From positions 930,001 through 955,346 of the forward strand of contig AP039690.1 of the NCBI GenBank assembly GCA_051599415.1: DNA of 25,346 nt, given 5' to 3'. The position numbers were made by a program, and so were the translations under genes. Positions 1-9,284 of this stretch are shown here, in pieces. Source of the DNA: Savitreella phatthalungensis (taxonomy: Eukaryota). The notes beneath the pieces were generated by a model. The model was given only the letters and a program-made list of their open reading frames with translations, ran no database searches and was not told where the DNA came from. The number at the start of each line of letters is the position of its first letter. Position 1 is the first letter of the stretch.

Positions 1-2
1 AC

Positions 3-863
3 ATCAGGCACGTCTTAGCCGTCGCACAGCTGCTGGCGCACGCACGATCAGGAGGGCTCAAGCTGGCGACATTCGATGGTGACGTGACTCTCTACGACCA
101 TGGTCAAGGCATTGATCCGGATTCGCTCGTGCTGCCCTTGCTAATGGAGCTTTTGAAGCGCAACGTCGTCGTGTGCATTCTGACAGCGGCTGGCTACCCT
201 GATGGTGTTCGCTACCGAGAGCGCTATCACGGCATGTTGGCTGCACTTCGACAATCAAATGTCCTCACAGATGTCCAGAAGCGCAACTTCTGTATAATGG
301 GTGCAGAATGCAATTACCTCTTCCGATACTGCGGCGGCCCGTCAGAAATCGAGAGAATTCCCGAGAGCGAGTGGCATCTGCCGGAAATGCGCAAATGGAC
401 CGAGGATGAGTGTACGAGAATGCTTGATGTCGCACAGCAGGTCATGGAGGAGTGCATCGTTCTTATGAAGTTGCCAGCAGAAATCATTAGGAAGCAGCGC
501 AGTGTCGGAATGGTACCAACTGTCGAGCGGCTCTCGAGAGAGACGCTAGAGGAAGTCGTCATGGCTTGTCAACGTCAGCTCGCGTCGCAGTCCTTCGATG
601 TCCCCTGGTGCGCCTTCAACGATTGTGATGTCTGGGCCGACGTCGGCGATAAAGCTATCGGAGCTCGGTGTTTGCAGAATTACTTGGGAGGCATTCCGCC
701 GGAGGCAACAATTCACGTCGGTGACCAATTTTCGGCCGCTGCTGGCAATGACTTCCGCACGAGGACGGTTGGGACTACATTATGGGTCACAGGCCCCAGT
801 GAAACCGTCGAATGGCTGCGTTTGTTCAGCGACATGGACGAAAACACAGGCAAAAAACTGTAG
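3..863 (+). CDS. ISN1: IMP-specific 5'-nucleotidase, 5'-truncated by the window edge
   Basis: The frame is open from position 3 (IRHVLAVAQ...LATFDGDVTLYD, HAD motif I). ISN1-type motifs ILTAAGY, MGAECNYLF, TIHVGDQF and NDFRTR follow. Stop TAG at 861-863. Confidence 0.92.
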   Translation: MRHVLAVAQLLAHARSGGLKLATFDGDVTLYDHGQGIDPDSLVLPLLMELLKRNVVVCILTAAGYPDGVRYRERYHGMLAALRQSNVLTDVQKRNFCIMGAECNYLFRYCGGPSEIERIPESEWHLPEMRKWTEDECTRMLDVAQQVMEECIVLMKLPAEIIRKQRSVGMVPTVERLSRETLEEVVMACQRQLASQSFDVPWCAFNDCDVWADVGDKAIGARCLQNYLGGIPPEATIHVGDQFSAAAGNDFRTRTVGTTLWVTGPSETVEWLRLFSDMDENTGKKL

Positions 864-994
864 ATTACATCGACGGTTAGTGGTCAACTGTGAATCAGTT
901 GATCCATATCAGCAGTATTTCTTGTGCATCCTCGCTGAAACAAGACGACCGATAGCTGAAAAAGTGTATTATGTCGAAGCTCGTCATAGGTCTT

Positions 995-1024
995 GGTCAA
1001 AATAAAGGTCAAAATAAAGGTCAA
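995..1024 (+). repeat. 12-bp tandem repeat GGTCAAAATAAA x2.5
   Basis: Read directly from the sequence. Contains two AATAAA hexamers ~140-155 nt after the ISN1 stop and is followed by TATATA upstream of TANGO2. Confidence 0.85.
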
Positions 1025-1097
1025 GTACAATATATATTGGCATTGATCTTGCAGGCACGTCGGCAGCACGTCAGCCTCTCCGGTACAAAGCGAGAGG

Positions 1098-1985
1098 ATG
1101 TGCTTGCTTCTCCTGACGCAAGAGCATCCGGACTACAGTCTCATAATTCTCTCCAACCGTGACGAATATTTGGAGAGACCTACCAAAAAGCTTCATGAAT
1201 GGTCATCCAGCGGACTGTATGGCGGACAGGACATTGATCGCGGTGGAACATGGCTGATGCTGTCGGCTGTCGGTGAGATTGCAGCCTTGACGAATTACCG
1301 CGAGAACAGCGAGACTATAAGCACGAGATCGCGCGGCGAGCTTCCATTCCTCTTTACAAACCGGCCGCGACAGCAGTCTGCCGCGAGATGGCTCGAAAAC
1401 TTGGTTCAGCACCCGCACGAGCTCATTGCTTATGGTGGCTTCAGCTTACTATGTGGAACATTCTGGTCGCCCGATTGTGCGGAGCCAGATCTTTATGTGG
1501 TTTCAAATCGCGTGGCTGACAGAACGAGTTACATACGTCAGCTCGACCGCTCCTTCGGGCTGACCTGCGAACTCAGTAATGCCGATATCGCCGATCGCTG
1601 GCCGAAGTGCGACATGGGACGTGCAGCACTACATGCTTGCCTGCAGCAACCCCATCACAGGGACGACGATCTCGATGCACCGTCTGACGTATCTGCAGCT
1701 ACACGCGCTCTTGTCGCTGATCTCTTCGACGTTCTCTCCGTTGACACGCTTGCACGACCGGACGTACGGAGCATGTCTTCAAGTGTATTCATACCTCAAA
1801 TTCAGCTCCCGAGCGGGAAAGTGTATGGAACGCGTCAACAAACAGTCATCTTGATTGAAAGGCCTGTCGGAAAGTGTCCGCCCAAGGTCTCAATATGTGA
1901 GCGCACAATCGAGCGCGCTGATACTGCTGCTCTAAGGCCGCCGGTAGTGCAACATACGTGGCAGTCGTTTCGCTGTGAATCGTGA
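1098..1985 (+). CDS. TANGO2: TANGO2 / NRDE (DUF833) family protein
   Basis: N-terminal MC..., SNRDEY..RPT, GGTWL, LTNYRE, SRGEL, LSN, WPK and YGTRQQTVIL motifs. Confidence 0.93.
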   Translation: MCLLLLTQEHPDYSLIILSNRDEYLERPTKKLHEWSSSGLYGGQDIDRGGTWLMLSAVGEIAALTNYRENSETISTRSRGELPFLFTNRPRQQSAARWLENLVQHPHELIAYGGFSLLCGTFWSPDCAEPDLYVVSNRVADRTSYIRQLDRSFGLTCELSNADIADRWPKCDMGRAALHACLQQPHHRDDDLDAPSDVSAATRALVADLFDVLSVDTLARPDVRSMSSSVFIPQIQLPSGKVYGTRQQTVILIERPVGKCPPKVSICERTIERADTAALRPPVVQHTWQSFRCES

Positions 1986-2041
1986 ATAGCGAAGACCACG
2001 CATACAGGGTGTATTTCTCCAACGTGTGCACCTTGTAGACC

Positions 2042-3340
2042 TCAGAAGAACGTTTCGTGCATGCCGTCGTCTTCACCAGTCCCCCTCGTGTCGAGTTCAC
2101 TATCCACAACCCGCACGGCCGAAAGGGACTCGCCGTGTTCAGAAAGCCAACGACCGAAACAATCGCGATATTCAACCCCGTTGACTACTACTGAGGCGGA
2201 TGGGCGATGAAGTGGTACATGTGAGGAAGGGATATGCAATCTGTTCGGTGTGAAGGATTCGGGAGAGTCGTGCTGCGGCTTTTCCTCTGTGACTCTCTCA
2301 GGCAGTCTCCGAGCAAGATTGAGAGCTCTTCTACCAGGCGAGCTTGATGCTAGCAGACGCTCCCGCTCTGTTCGATCTTCCGATCGTCGCTGTGCGGCTG
2401 CTTGTTCCTGCTCTGTTGCAAGACTAGACGCATGAGGTGACTGGTGGGTGTCATCTCGGGCCAGAGAGAAGGGCCCAATCGTTGCGGCCGTTGGCGACGG
2501 AGCAGTCTCACCGGAGAACGATGATCGCGAATCTAGGGCTTGGTTTGTGCCGAGATGGGTAGGAATTGCCAAAGCAGTTGACACACGTTCCAGTCTCGCA
2601 TCAAGATTCGCCAGAGCCTGGCTGAATGATAGAAGAGCGCCGTTAATGCTGAAGTCGTGCGAATGGTGTGGTGACGGCACGGGAAAATCAGCTCGCCGGA
2701 CACCTTCACCCGAGCTTGCATGATGTAGGCCGATATCTAGGCGATGCGCTGAAAGCATCCGTGTCAGATCTGCTTGGGCCGCTTGAATAGACTCCGCGAG
2801 CAGGTCGATTGTGACATCGATGTTAGACATAGTCCGGCGTACGCTCTGCCAGTCAATTGAGCTGCCGAAGGCGTTGTCTTGCCCAGACTCTGTAGAAAAA
2901 GCATCCACACGCGAGGCTTCTGCCGCCATGGATTCGAATCTTCCGATTGTGACCTGCATCTCACGTACACTTTCAGCGTAGCGAGTGACTCGGTCACGGA
3001 TGAATCGGAGACGAGAATCATGATTGACTTGAATGGTGAGGTTCGGCGATTGAATCACGCCGGTCGAAAGAGCGCCGGCGGCGTGCTGACGAACGAGCTG
3101 ATGTGCCGCCTGACGCTGACGCTGCTGCTGCATCCACGATCTCCTGAACCTGTGAAAGTCAAAGCGCGAAGGGCCGTCCTGTGAAGGTTCGACAACGGTG
3201 CCGAGCAAGGGCGGCGGAGATGAGCGCGCATTGCTGACAGGGGGGTCTGCAGCGGATGCTCCGGCCCAATGAGACTCAGCACGAGCTCTGACTTGATTCG
3301 GGCCGGGTCTTCTGTTCTGCGCCGGTGGCGCGTTGACCAT
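2042..3340 (-). CDS. Hypothetical protein (432 aa), low complexity with helical/coiled-coil-like segments
   Basis: A long ORF fills the gap between TANGO2 and MGM101. The track start at 3379 is TTG; the first ATG is at 3340. No family recognised. Confidence 0.65.
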   Translation of the reverse strand: MVNAPPAQNRRPGPNQVRARAESHWAGASAADPPVSNARSSPPPLLGTVVEPSQDGPSRFDFHRFRRSWMQQQRQRQAAHQLVRQHAAGALSTGVIQSPNLTIQVNHDSRLRFIRDRVTRYAESVREMQVTIGRFESMAAEASRVDAFSTESGQDNAFGSSIDWQSVRRTMSNIDVTIDLLAESIQAAQADLTRMLSAHRLDIGLHHASSGEGVRRADFPVPSPHHSHDFSINGALLSFSQALANLDARLERVSTALAIPTHLGTNQALDSRSSFSGETAPSPTAATIGPFSLARDDTHQSPHASSLATEQEQAAAQRRSEDRTERERLLASSSPGRRALNLARRLPERVTEEKPQHDSPESFTPNRLHIPSSHVPLHRPSASVVVNGVEYRDCFGRWLSEHGESLSAVRVVDSELDTRGTGEDDGMHETFF

Positions 3341-3492
3341 GCCGCTTGCTTGGCCGGCGTATGATGACGATGACTTCAATAACCTATTTCAGCCAGACTG
3401 AATTGGTCGCACGTACGGGAACGATATGCAGCTTGCATTAAATCATTTCGGTCTGGATCCTGGCACCGTACTTCGCGACTAGCAGAGGATCT

Positions 3493-4224
3493 ATGTCACT
3501 TATGTACGGCGCCAGGGCGGTGTGGGGAGGCAAGCAAGCTTGCCGCGTGCGTTGGGCGAGCAATGGCAAAAGCACAGGCTCAGTGCAAGTCACGGCGACT
3601 GAGCCAGTGCAGAAATTTGACACGGCGCCATCATTGATAAACACGGCAATGGTAGACCCGACAGATGGTATTGATTGGTCACGGTCATTTCATGGCCTTT
3701 CGAAGCAAGCCTTCTCAACCGAGATATGTGATGTTTTGCTCGCACCCTTGGAGCCGAGCGACGTGGAGATCAAGCCCGACGGTATCCTGTATCTACCAGA
3801 GATAAAATACCGACGCATCCTCAATCGCGCATTTGGGCCTGGAGGCTGGGGACTTGCACCTCGCTCAGAAACCTTTGTGAGCGCGGGTAATGTCTCAAGA
3901 GAATATGCGCTTGTTGTACACGGCAGACTTGTATCAATTGCTCGGGGCGAACAAGAATACTTTCCAGCAAAAGACCCCGATGCTGGGGCGAACAAAAGTC
4001 AAGATGGTATTCCGACAGCGACAGAAGGGGCCAAGTCAAATGCGCTGATGCGCTGTTGTAAGGACCTCGGCATCGCATCTGAGCTTTGGGATCCATCCTT
4101 CATTCGAAAATGGAAGAAGGAAAACGCTCGTGAAGACTTTGTCGAACATCAGGTCACAAAGCGCAAGCGCAAGCTCTGGCGTCGTAAAGACGGGCAATGG
4201 GATTATCCGTACAAGCTCGTGTAA
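3493..4224 (+). CDS. MGM101: Mitochondrial genome maintenance protein Mgm101 (Rad52-like)
   Basis: [44 protein letters not shown] and [20 protein letters not shown] motifs. The Arg/Ala-rich N-terminus resembles a mitochondrial presequence. Confidence 0.97.
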   Translation: MSLMYGARAVWGGKQACRVRWASNGKSTGSVQVTATEPVQKFDTAPSLINTAMVDPTDGIDWSRSFHGLSKQAFSTEICDVLLAPLEPSDVEIKPDGILYLPEIKYRRILNRAFGPGGWGLAPRSETFVSAGNVSREYALVVHGRLVSIARGEQEYFPAKDPDAGANKSQDGIPTATEGAKSNALMRCCKDLGIASELWDPSFIRKWKKENAREDFVEHQVTKRKRKLWRRKDGQWDYPYKLV

Positions 4225-4227
4225 TTC

Positions 4228-5106
4228 TCAGTCCCAGCCGAGGGCTTCTAGTGCATCCTCATCGTCCTCATCAACGTCCACCGCGTCGTCTGTTTTCGCA
4301 TGAGTTGCGGTCGATCCTTGCGCGCACAAATCAGCGAAATCGTCATCATCGTCGTCGTCGTCGTCGTCGCCTGCATTGGCAATCGTGTCCTCGTCGGTCT
4401 GCGCCATTCGGACAGGTACAGCAGGCACAGCAGGATCAGGTTTCTGGTCTTTGGGACTGTGCCCCTCATCTGCAAGCTTTTGTGGGAGAAGAGCGTCAAT
4501 CATGCCTCGCCGACAGGTGCGCGTACGGCCAGACCTACCGACCTGTCGGACCATCTTGATGCAGTCTCTGAACTTGGCCTTTGGAAACATGCTGTGCATC
4601 CACATTTGATACTCCTCGAGCAGTCTGGCGAGATCGGCAAAATCGTCGCTGCCTAATCGCTCAGCGCCAGCGGCTCGGATTGCTGGCCGCGCTAAGTGTC
4701 GGCGACAGTGCGCAACTACTTTAGGGCCCCACTGTCTTCGCAGATGCGGTAGACCGACGTTGTTGTCTATCAAGCGTTCATCATCGAGCCTGGCCAAGGG
4801 TTTTCTGGCAGGTTTTTCTTCGAGCTGTACTTCCTTGTCTAGACCGAGATCGAAGGATGATCCGTTGTCAACATTCGCTGTTCTCGGTCGTGTTGACGAT
4901 TGCTGATCTATCTGGTCTGGGACATATGAGAAATTGAATTGTCCATCATCGGCTGGAGCAGATAGCCGACCCTGAGAACGAAAGCCATTTGTCAAACCAG
5001 AAGGATGAGAGGCAGGGGAGCTAGCGTAGCGCGGGCGCTTCGTTTTAGGTCGTTCGGCCACCAGGGCATCTGCTTCATTGCTGAATAGATCATCAACGCT
5101 TGCCAT
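4228..5106 (-). CDS. CSM3: Replication fork protection complex subunit Swi3/Csm3/Tipin
   Basis: LGLDKEV..., ARLDDERL...GLPHLRR and DLARLLEEYQMWMHSMFPKAKFRDCIKMV Swi3 domain, with an acidic tail. ATG at 5106 (MASVDDLF) is preferred to the ORF-track start at 5241. Confidence 0.9.
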   Translation of the reverse strand: MASVDDLFSNEADALVAERPKTKRPRYASSPASHPSGLTNGFRSQGRLSAPADDGQFNFSYVPDQIDQQSSTRPRTANVDNGSSFDLGLDKEVQLEEKPARKPLARLDDERLIDNNVGLPHLRRQWGPKVVAHCRRHLARPAIRAAGAERLGSDDFADLARLLEEYQMWMHSMFPKAKFRDCIKMVRQVGRSGRTRTCRRGMIDALLPQKLADEGHSPKDQKPDPAVPAVPVRMAQTDEDTIANAGDDDDDDDDDDFADLCAQGSTATHAKTDDAVDVDEDDEDALEALGWD

Positions 5107-5132
5107 ATGAGTATAGTGATCTGTTTGAGAGA

Positions 5133-5155
5133 ACGCGTCTTCAAAACGCGCGTTT
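5133..5155. promoter_or_regulatory. MCB-like (MluI cell-cycle box) elements upstream of CSM3
   Basis: ACGCGT at 5133-5138 and the palindrome AAACGCGCGTTT at 5144-5155 lie 27-49 nt upstream of the CSM3 ATG. MBF/MCB control of G1/S replication genes is established in yeasts. Confidence 0.6.
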
Positions 5156-5594
5156 GGAAACGGATACACAGCTTTTGGTGCATAGCAGCATGTTTTGGTG
5201 GAAATGGTGTAATTCATGATCTGCATCTTTTTTGCATACAATATAAATTTAATTTAAATTTAAGTTTGCTGCACCAACCAAGCATACGTGAGGCTAGTAT
5301 GTCATATGTGGACGGTAGCTTCATCTGCACGATATTATAAATGAAATCAATCAAATTCGTTCAGTATTTTGATGTGAAATTCGATCTGATCGATCAGAGC
5401 TAGCTGCACTGTGTTTAAAACCTCGTGATATGCGATTGCATGGACGTGCATTCATCAAGTATAGCAATTTCAATGCCGTGCTCGACCCGAGCCTCTAGCT
5501 TCTTAACTTCAAATACTGACGTGACGACATAGGGCTCTGCCTCTCCTTGGTGTCTAACGGCACAAGGATAGAGGAACGAAAACATCTGCTTGAA

Positions 5595-8500
5595 ATGCCT
5601 GAAGATGCGAGCATCCGGATGAAAGAGGGATCCCAGCTGAGAGATGACACAGAGGTGTTGAATAAAGTGGTTGGCTCTCGGCCAGACCGGTTCGAGATTG
5701 AAGCCGCCGACTTGCCTCGCCTCGAACCGGCGTTGGAAGGGCTACGAATCACTCATGCTGTGATATCGCCGATAACTTCAGGGGCCACACTGCACGGTCT
5801 GCAGCGGGGATGGCACTATCAAATGACGGATCGAAATCCTCCCAATTATACGGCACTCCCTGTGCGCAAACGTACCAGATTTGTGCGTACTGGGCTGCAC
5901 GGGGATATCCTGCGCACGGAGAGAAGCATTCAGAGAGCCGTATCTCTCAATCCCGAGAACTCTAACTCCCTTTCGCGAGCACCTGCTCCCAGACGTGATT
6001 TCGTTCGCGGCAGAGGAAGCTATTTTCCATTTGTACCAGGTGGTCTCGCAGACGAGGATGCTCACAGCAAGGCGTCCCCTACTGTCCGAGATGCGTCTAT
6101 TTCATCAAATGCCTATCTACGAGGGGTCACCGGCTTGCCCGAAACCGAGCCTTTCGTGGACAGCGAACCCGGGTTCTATGCTTCTTCCGATCCAGCACAA
6201 TGGGTTTTACCACGCAAAAAGCACAAGGCAACCCAAGTAGATACTCAAGAGATCGATGAGTCCACGCGACAAGAGAATCCGGCAACGGCGGCGGTGGATG
6301 CTTTCTTGCCATCAGAATTCGCTTTAGTGCGCTCGCGAGCTGCTTTGCCGATTACTCGATCGAAGGAGAAAGCGTGGGCGCATATGGTGGATGTCAGTCG
6401 CCCGATGAAGAATTTTCGTGACTTGATTCCGGACCTCGCTTTTGAGCACCCATTTGAGCTTGATAACTTTCAGAAGGAGGCGATCTATCATCTGGAGCAA
6501 AATGAGAGCGTCTTTGTCGCTGCCCACACATCTGCGGGCAAAACAGTCGTTGCGGAATATGCGATAGCCCTGGCTACGAAACACTTGACACGCGCCATCT
6601 ACACGTCACCCATAAAGGCTTTGAGCAACCAGAAATACCGAGATTTCCGCACGACGTTCGACAGCGTTGGGATATTGACGGGTGACGTACAGCTCAATCC
6701 GGAAGCCAGCTGTCTAATCATGACGACTGAGATCTTGCGATCTATGCTATATCGTGGTGCAGATCTGATTCGTGACGTCGAATTTGTCATCTTCGATGAA
6801 GTGCACTACGTCAATGACCAGGAGAGAGGAGTCGTTTGGGAAGAGGTCATCATTATGCTACCATCACATGTCACATTGATTTTGCTTTCAGCGACTGTTC
6901 CGAATACCTTTGAATTCGCCAACTGGGTTGGTCGCACGAAGCAGAAAGACATTTACGTCATCTCCACACTCAAGCGGCCGGTCCCATTGGAGCATCATTT
7001 ATACGCGAATCGCACTCTATTCAAAATCGTCGACGAGAACAAGCAGTGGCTTTCTACTGGCTATCGCAGCTTGAAGGATGCACTGCAGCGGAATAAGGAG
7101 GTCAAAATCGCGCCGAACCAAGGAACAGGGCGAGGGCGCGGTGCTAACCGAGGATCGGGTCAGCACAACGCCAGAGGCCGTGGCTCAGCTCAGCCTTTTG
7201 CCCGTGGCGGCACGTTGAAGACCATGGAACGCCACGATAAAAACGTGTGGGTCCATCTTGTGCATCAGCTGAATGCCCAGAAGCTCCTACCAACAGTCAT
7301 ATTTGTGTTCAGCAAGAAGCGCTGTGAAGACAATGCCTCCACGCTGTCCAACGTCGACCTATGCAATGGAACAGAAAGGTCACAGATACACATTGCAGTA
7401 AGCAAAGCGGTGGCCAGTCTGAGCGCTGACGACCAACAGCTGCCACAGATAATTCGCATGCGAGAGCTTCTGTCAAGAGGCATCGGAGTACATCACGGCG
7501 GCCTCTTACCGATCGTCAAAGAAATCGTGGAGATCCTGTTCGCACGTGGTCTCGTGAAGGTTCTGTTCGCAACGGAGACCTTTGCCATGGGGGTCAATAT
7601 GCCGGCCAAAAGCGTTGTGTTCAGCGGCATACGCAAGCACGACGGACAGGGCTTCCGTGATTTGACTCCAGGTGAGTACACACAGATGGCGGGTCGTGCC
7701 GGCAGACGTGGCCTAGATGCAACCGGCACTGTGATCATCATCTGTTCGGACGAGCCGCCGGAGCAGGGAATCTTGCAGACTATGCTTCTTGGTCAACCCT
7801 TCAAGCTGATCAGTCAGTTCCGTCTGACTTACAACATGATCTTGAATCTGCTGCGGGTAGAGACGCTCGAAATAGAGGAGATGATCAAAAGGTCTTTCAG
7901 CGAGAACGCGAGTCAATCTTTGAGACCGGAACACGAACGTCTCGTGTCTGCTACTCAAAGGAAGCTCGACGAAATGGAGTGCCACAACAGCAGCGTCGAC
8001 CATCGTGTTAGGGCGCACCATGCGCAAAGTATCGAATACGCGCTTATCAGCAACAACATCATCATCACATCGATCGAACAGCTGGGAAGACGTGTCTTTG
8101 GACAAGGTCGTGTGGTTTTGCTTCGCGCCGAAGGGACGACACGACATATTGGCGTGCTCCTTGGCGAAAGTGCGACGTCGTGCGTGAAGCATCGCAGTTT
8201 CTCAGTCTTCGCTTTACGACCCGATGCATCAAACAGAAAGGCAACGGACTTGATGCCCTATGTGGAACCACTAAGGAGGTTTATTCAGCTGCCGCTTGAA
8301 CAGACTTCGGCGGAGGTTGAAGTTATTGCTGCAATGGAGATTGACTTTGTCACCAACTGCGTCTTGACGGTCGATCCCGTCGCTGTTCGCCGTCGAGTCA
8401 AGGCGGATTGGGACGCCTTGCGAGGTTGTCTTGCGCAGCTGTCGCAGGACAGCACCCTGCAAGAGGTCGAATGGATTAGGCAAACACGCGACATTGAGGT

Positions 8501-9272
8501 TCGAGATCTCTTACACCGCCGCTCAGAAATCGCTGCGCAGCTTGCCGAACTTGACCCAACGCGCATAGAAGGCTACGCTGAGCAGTATGTACAATGCCAC
8601 GAGCGACATCTGCTCCACCAGCAGATGCTAGAACTAAAGCACGCGATGTCTAACCAGAATCTCGAGCTCTTGCCTGACTATGAACAGAGATGCGCCGTAT
8701 TACGCGATTTAGGATTTCTCTCGCAACGGAATCGGGTCTCGCTAAAGGGTCGCGTGGCTTGCGAAATCGAGGGTGAATACGAACTCGTCCTCACCGAGCT
8801 CATGCTTGACAATGCTCTTACAGATTTCGACCACGCCGAGACTTGCGCGCTCCTGTCCGCGTTCGTCTTTCAGGAGCGATCAGACACCCGACCTCTACTT
8901 TCTGCGAAATTAAATCAAGGTATCGCACTAGTCTGCGCGCGCGCTCGTAGAGTGGACGAAATCCAGGAGCATCATCAGGTTCTCGTGACTGGCTCAGCTG
9001 GCGATGACGACTGGACCGCCGACGCAGCCCGCTTTGGCCTCGTCGGCGTTTGCGAGGCTTGGGCTCGAGGCATGTCGTTCAAGGAAATTTGCGAGATGAC
9101 AGACGTGCTAGAAGGCACTATTGTCCGGTGCATCGTCCGCTTGGACGAAGTACTTCGTGCTTGCCAATCCGCTGCTAGGGTCGTTGGCGACACGGACACG
9201 TATACCAAGCTCGAGGAATGTCGAGAGCTCATCAAGCGTGATGTCGTCTTCAGCGCCTCGCTCTTCTGGTGA
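5595..9272 (+). CDS. SKI2: Ski2 DExH RNA helicase (SKI complex, exosome cofactor)
   Basis: Ski2 N-terminal motif DFVRGRG..PFVPGGL, AHTSAGKT, DEVH, SAT, QMAGRAGRRG, and a C-terminal DSHCT ending IKRDVVFSASLFW. The track start at 5547 is TTG; the first ATG is 5595 (5619 is also possible). Confidence 0.96.
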   Translation: MPEDASIRMKEGSQLRDDTEVLNKVVGSRPDRFEIEAADLPRLEPALEGLRITHAVISPITSGATLHGLQRGWHYQMTDRNPPNYTALPVRKRTRFVRTGLHGDILRTERSIQRAVSLNPENSNSLSRAPAPRRDFVRGRGSYFPFVPGGLADEDAHSKASPTVRDASISSNAYLRGVTGLPETEPFVDSEPGFYASSDPAQWVLPRKKHKATQVDTQEIDESTRQENPATAAVDAFLPSEFALVRSRAALPITRSKEKAWAHMVDVSRPMKNFRDLIPDLAFEHPFELDNFQKEAIYHLEQNESVFVAAHTSAGKTVVAEYAIALATKHLTRAIYTSPIKALSNQKYRDFRTTFDSVGILTGDVQLNPEASCLIMTTEILRSMLYRGADLIRDVEFVIFDEVHYVNDQERGVVWEEVIIMLPSHVTLILLSATVPNTFEFANWVGRTKQKDIYVISTLKRPVPLEHHLYANRTLFKIVDENKQWLSTGYRSLKDALQRNKEVKIAPNQGTGRGRGANRGSGQHNARGRGSAQPFARGGTLKTMERHDKNVWVHLVHQLNAQKLLPTVIFVFSKKRCEDNASTLSNVDLCNGTERSQIHIAVSKAVASLSADDQQLPQIIRMRELLSRGIGVHHGGLLPIVKEIVEILFARGLVKVLFATETFAMGVNMPAKSVVFSGIRKHDGQGFRDLTPGEYTQMAGRAGRRGLDATGTVIIICSDEPPEQGILQTMLLGQPFKLISQFRLTYNMILNLLRVETLEIEEMIKRSFSENASQSLRPEHERLVSATQRKLDEMECHNSSVDHRVRAHHAQSIEYALISNNIIITSIEQLGRRVFGQGRVVLLRAEGTTRHIGVLLGESATSCVKHRSFSVFALRPDASNRKATDLMPYVEPLRRFIQLPLEQTSAEVEVIAAMEIDFVTNCVLTVDPVAVRRRVKADWDALRGCLAQLSQDSTLQEVEWIRQTRDIEVRDLLHRRSEIAAQLAELDPTRIEGYAEQYVQCHERHLLHQQMLELKHAMSNQNLELLPDYEQRCAVLRDLGFLSQRNRVSLKGRVACEIEGEYELVLTELMLDNALTDFDHAETCALLSAFVFQERSDTRPLLSAKLNQGIALVCARARRVDEIQEHHQVLVTGSAGDDDWTADAARFGLVGVCEAWARGMSFKEICEMTDVLEGTIVRCIVRLDEVLRACQSAARVVGDTDTYTKLEECRELIKRDVVFSASLFW

Positions 9273-9284
9273 GGAAGTGCTCGG

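Noticed and set aside
4340..4369. (GTC/ATC)n trinucleotide run
   Set aside because: It encodes the poly-Asp tract in the Csm3 acidic tail.
5595..9272. Alternative genetic code (CUG reassignment or stop readthrough)
   Set aside because: CTG falls at conserved Leu positions (for example GADLIRD in Ski2), and conserved proteins end at normal stops.
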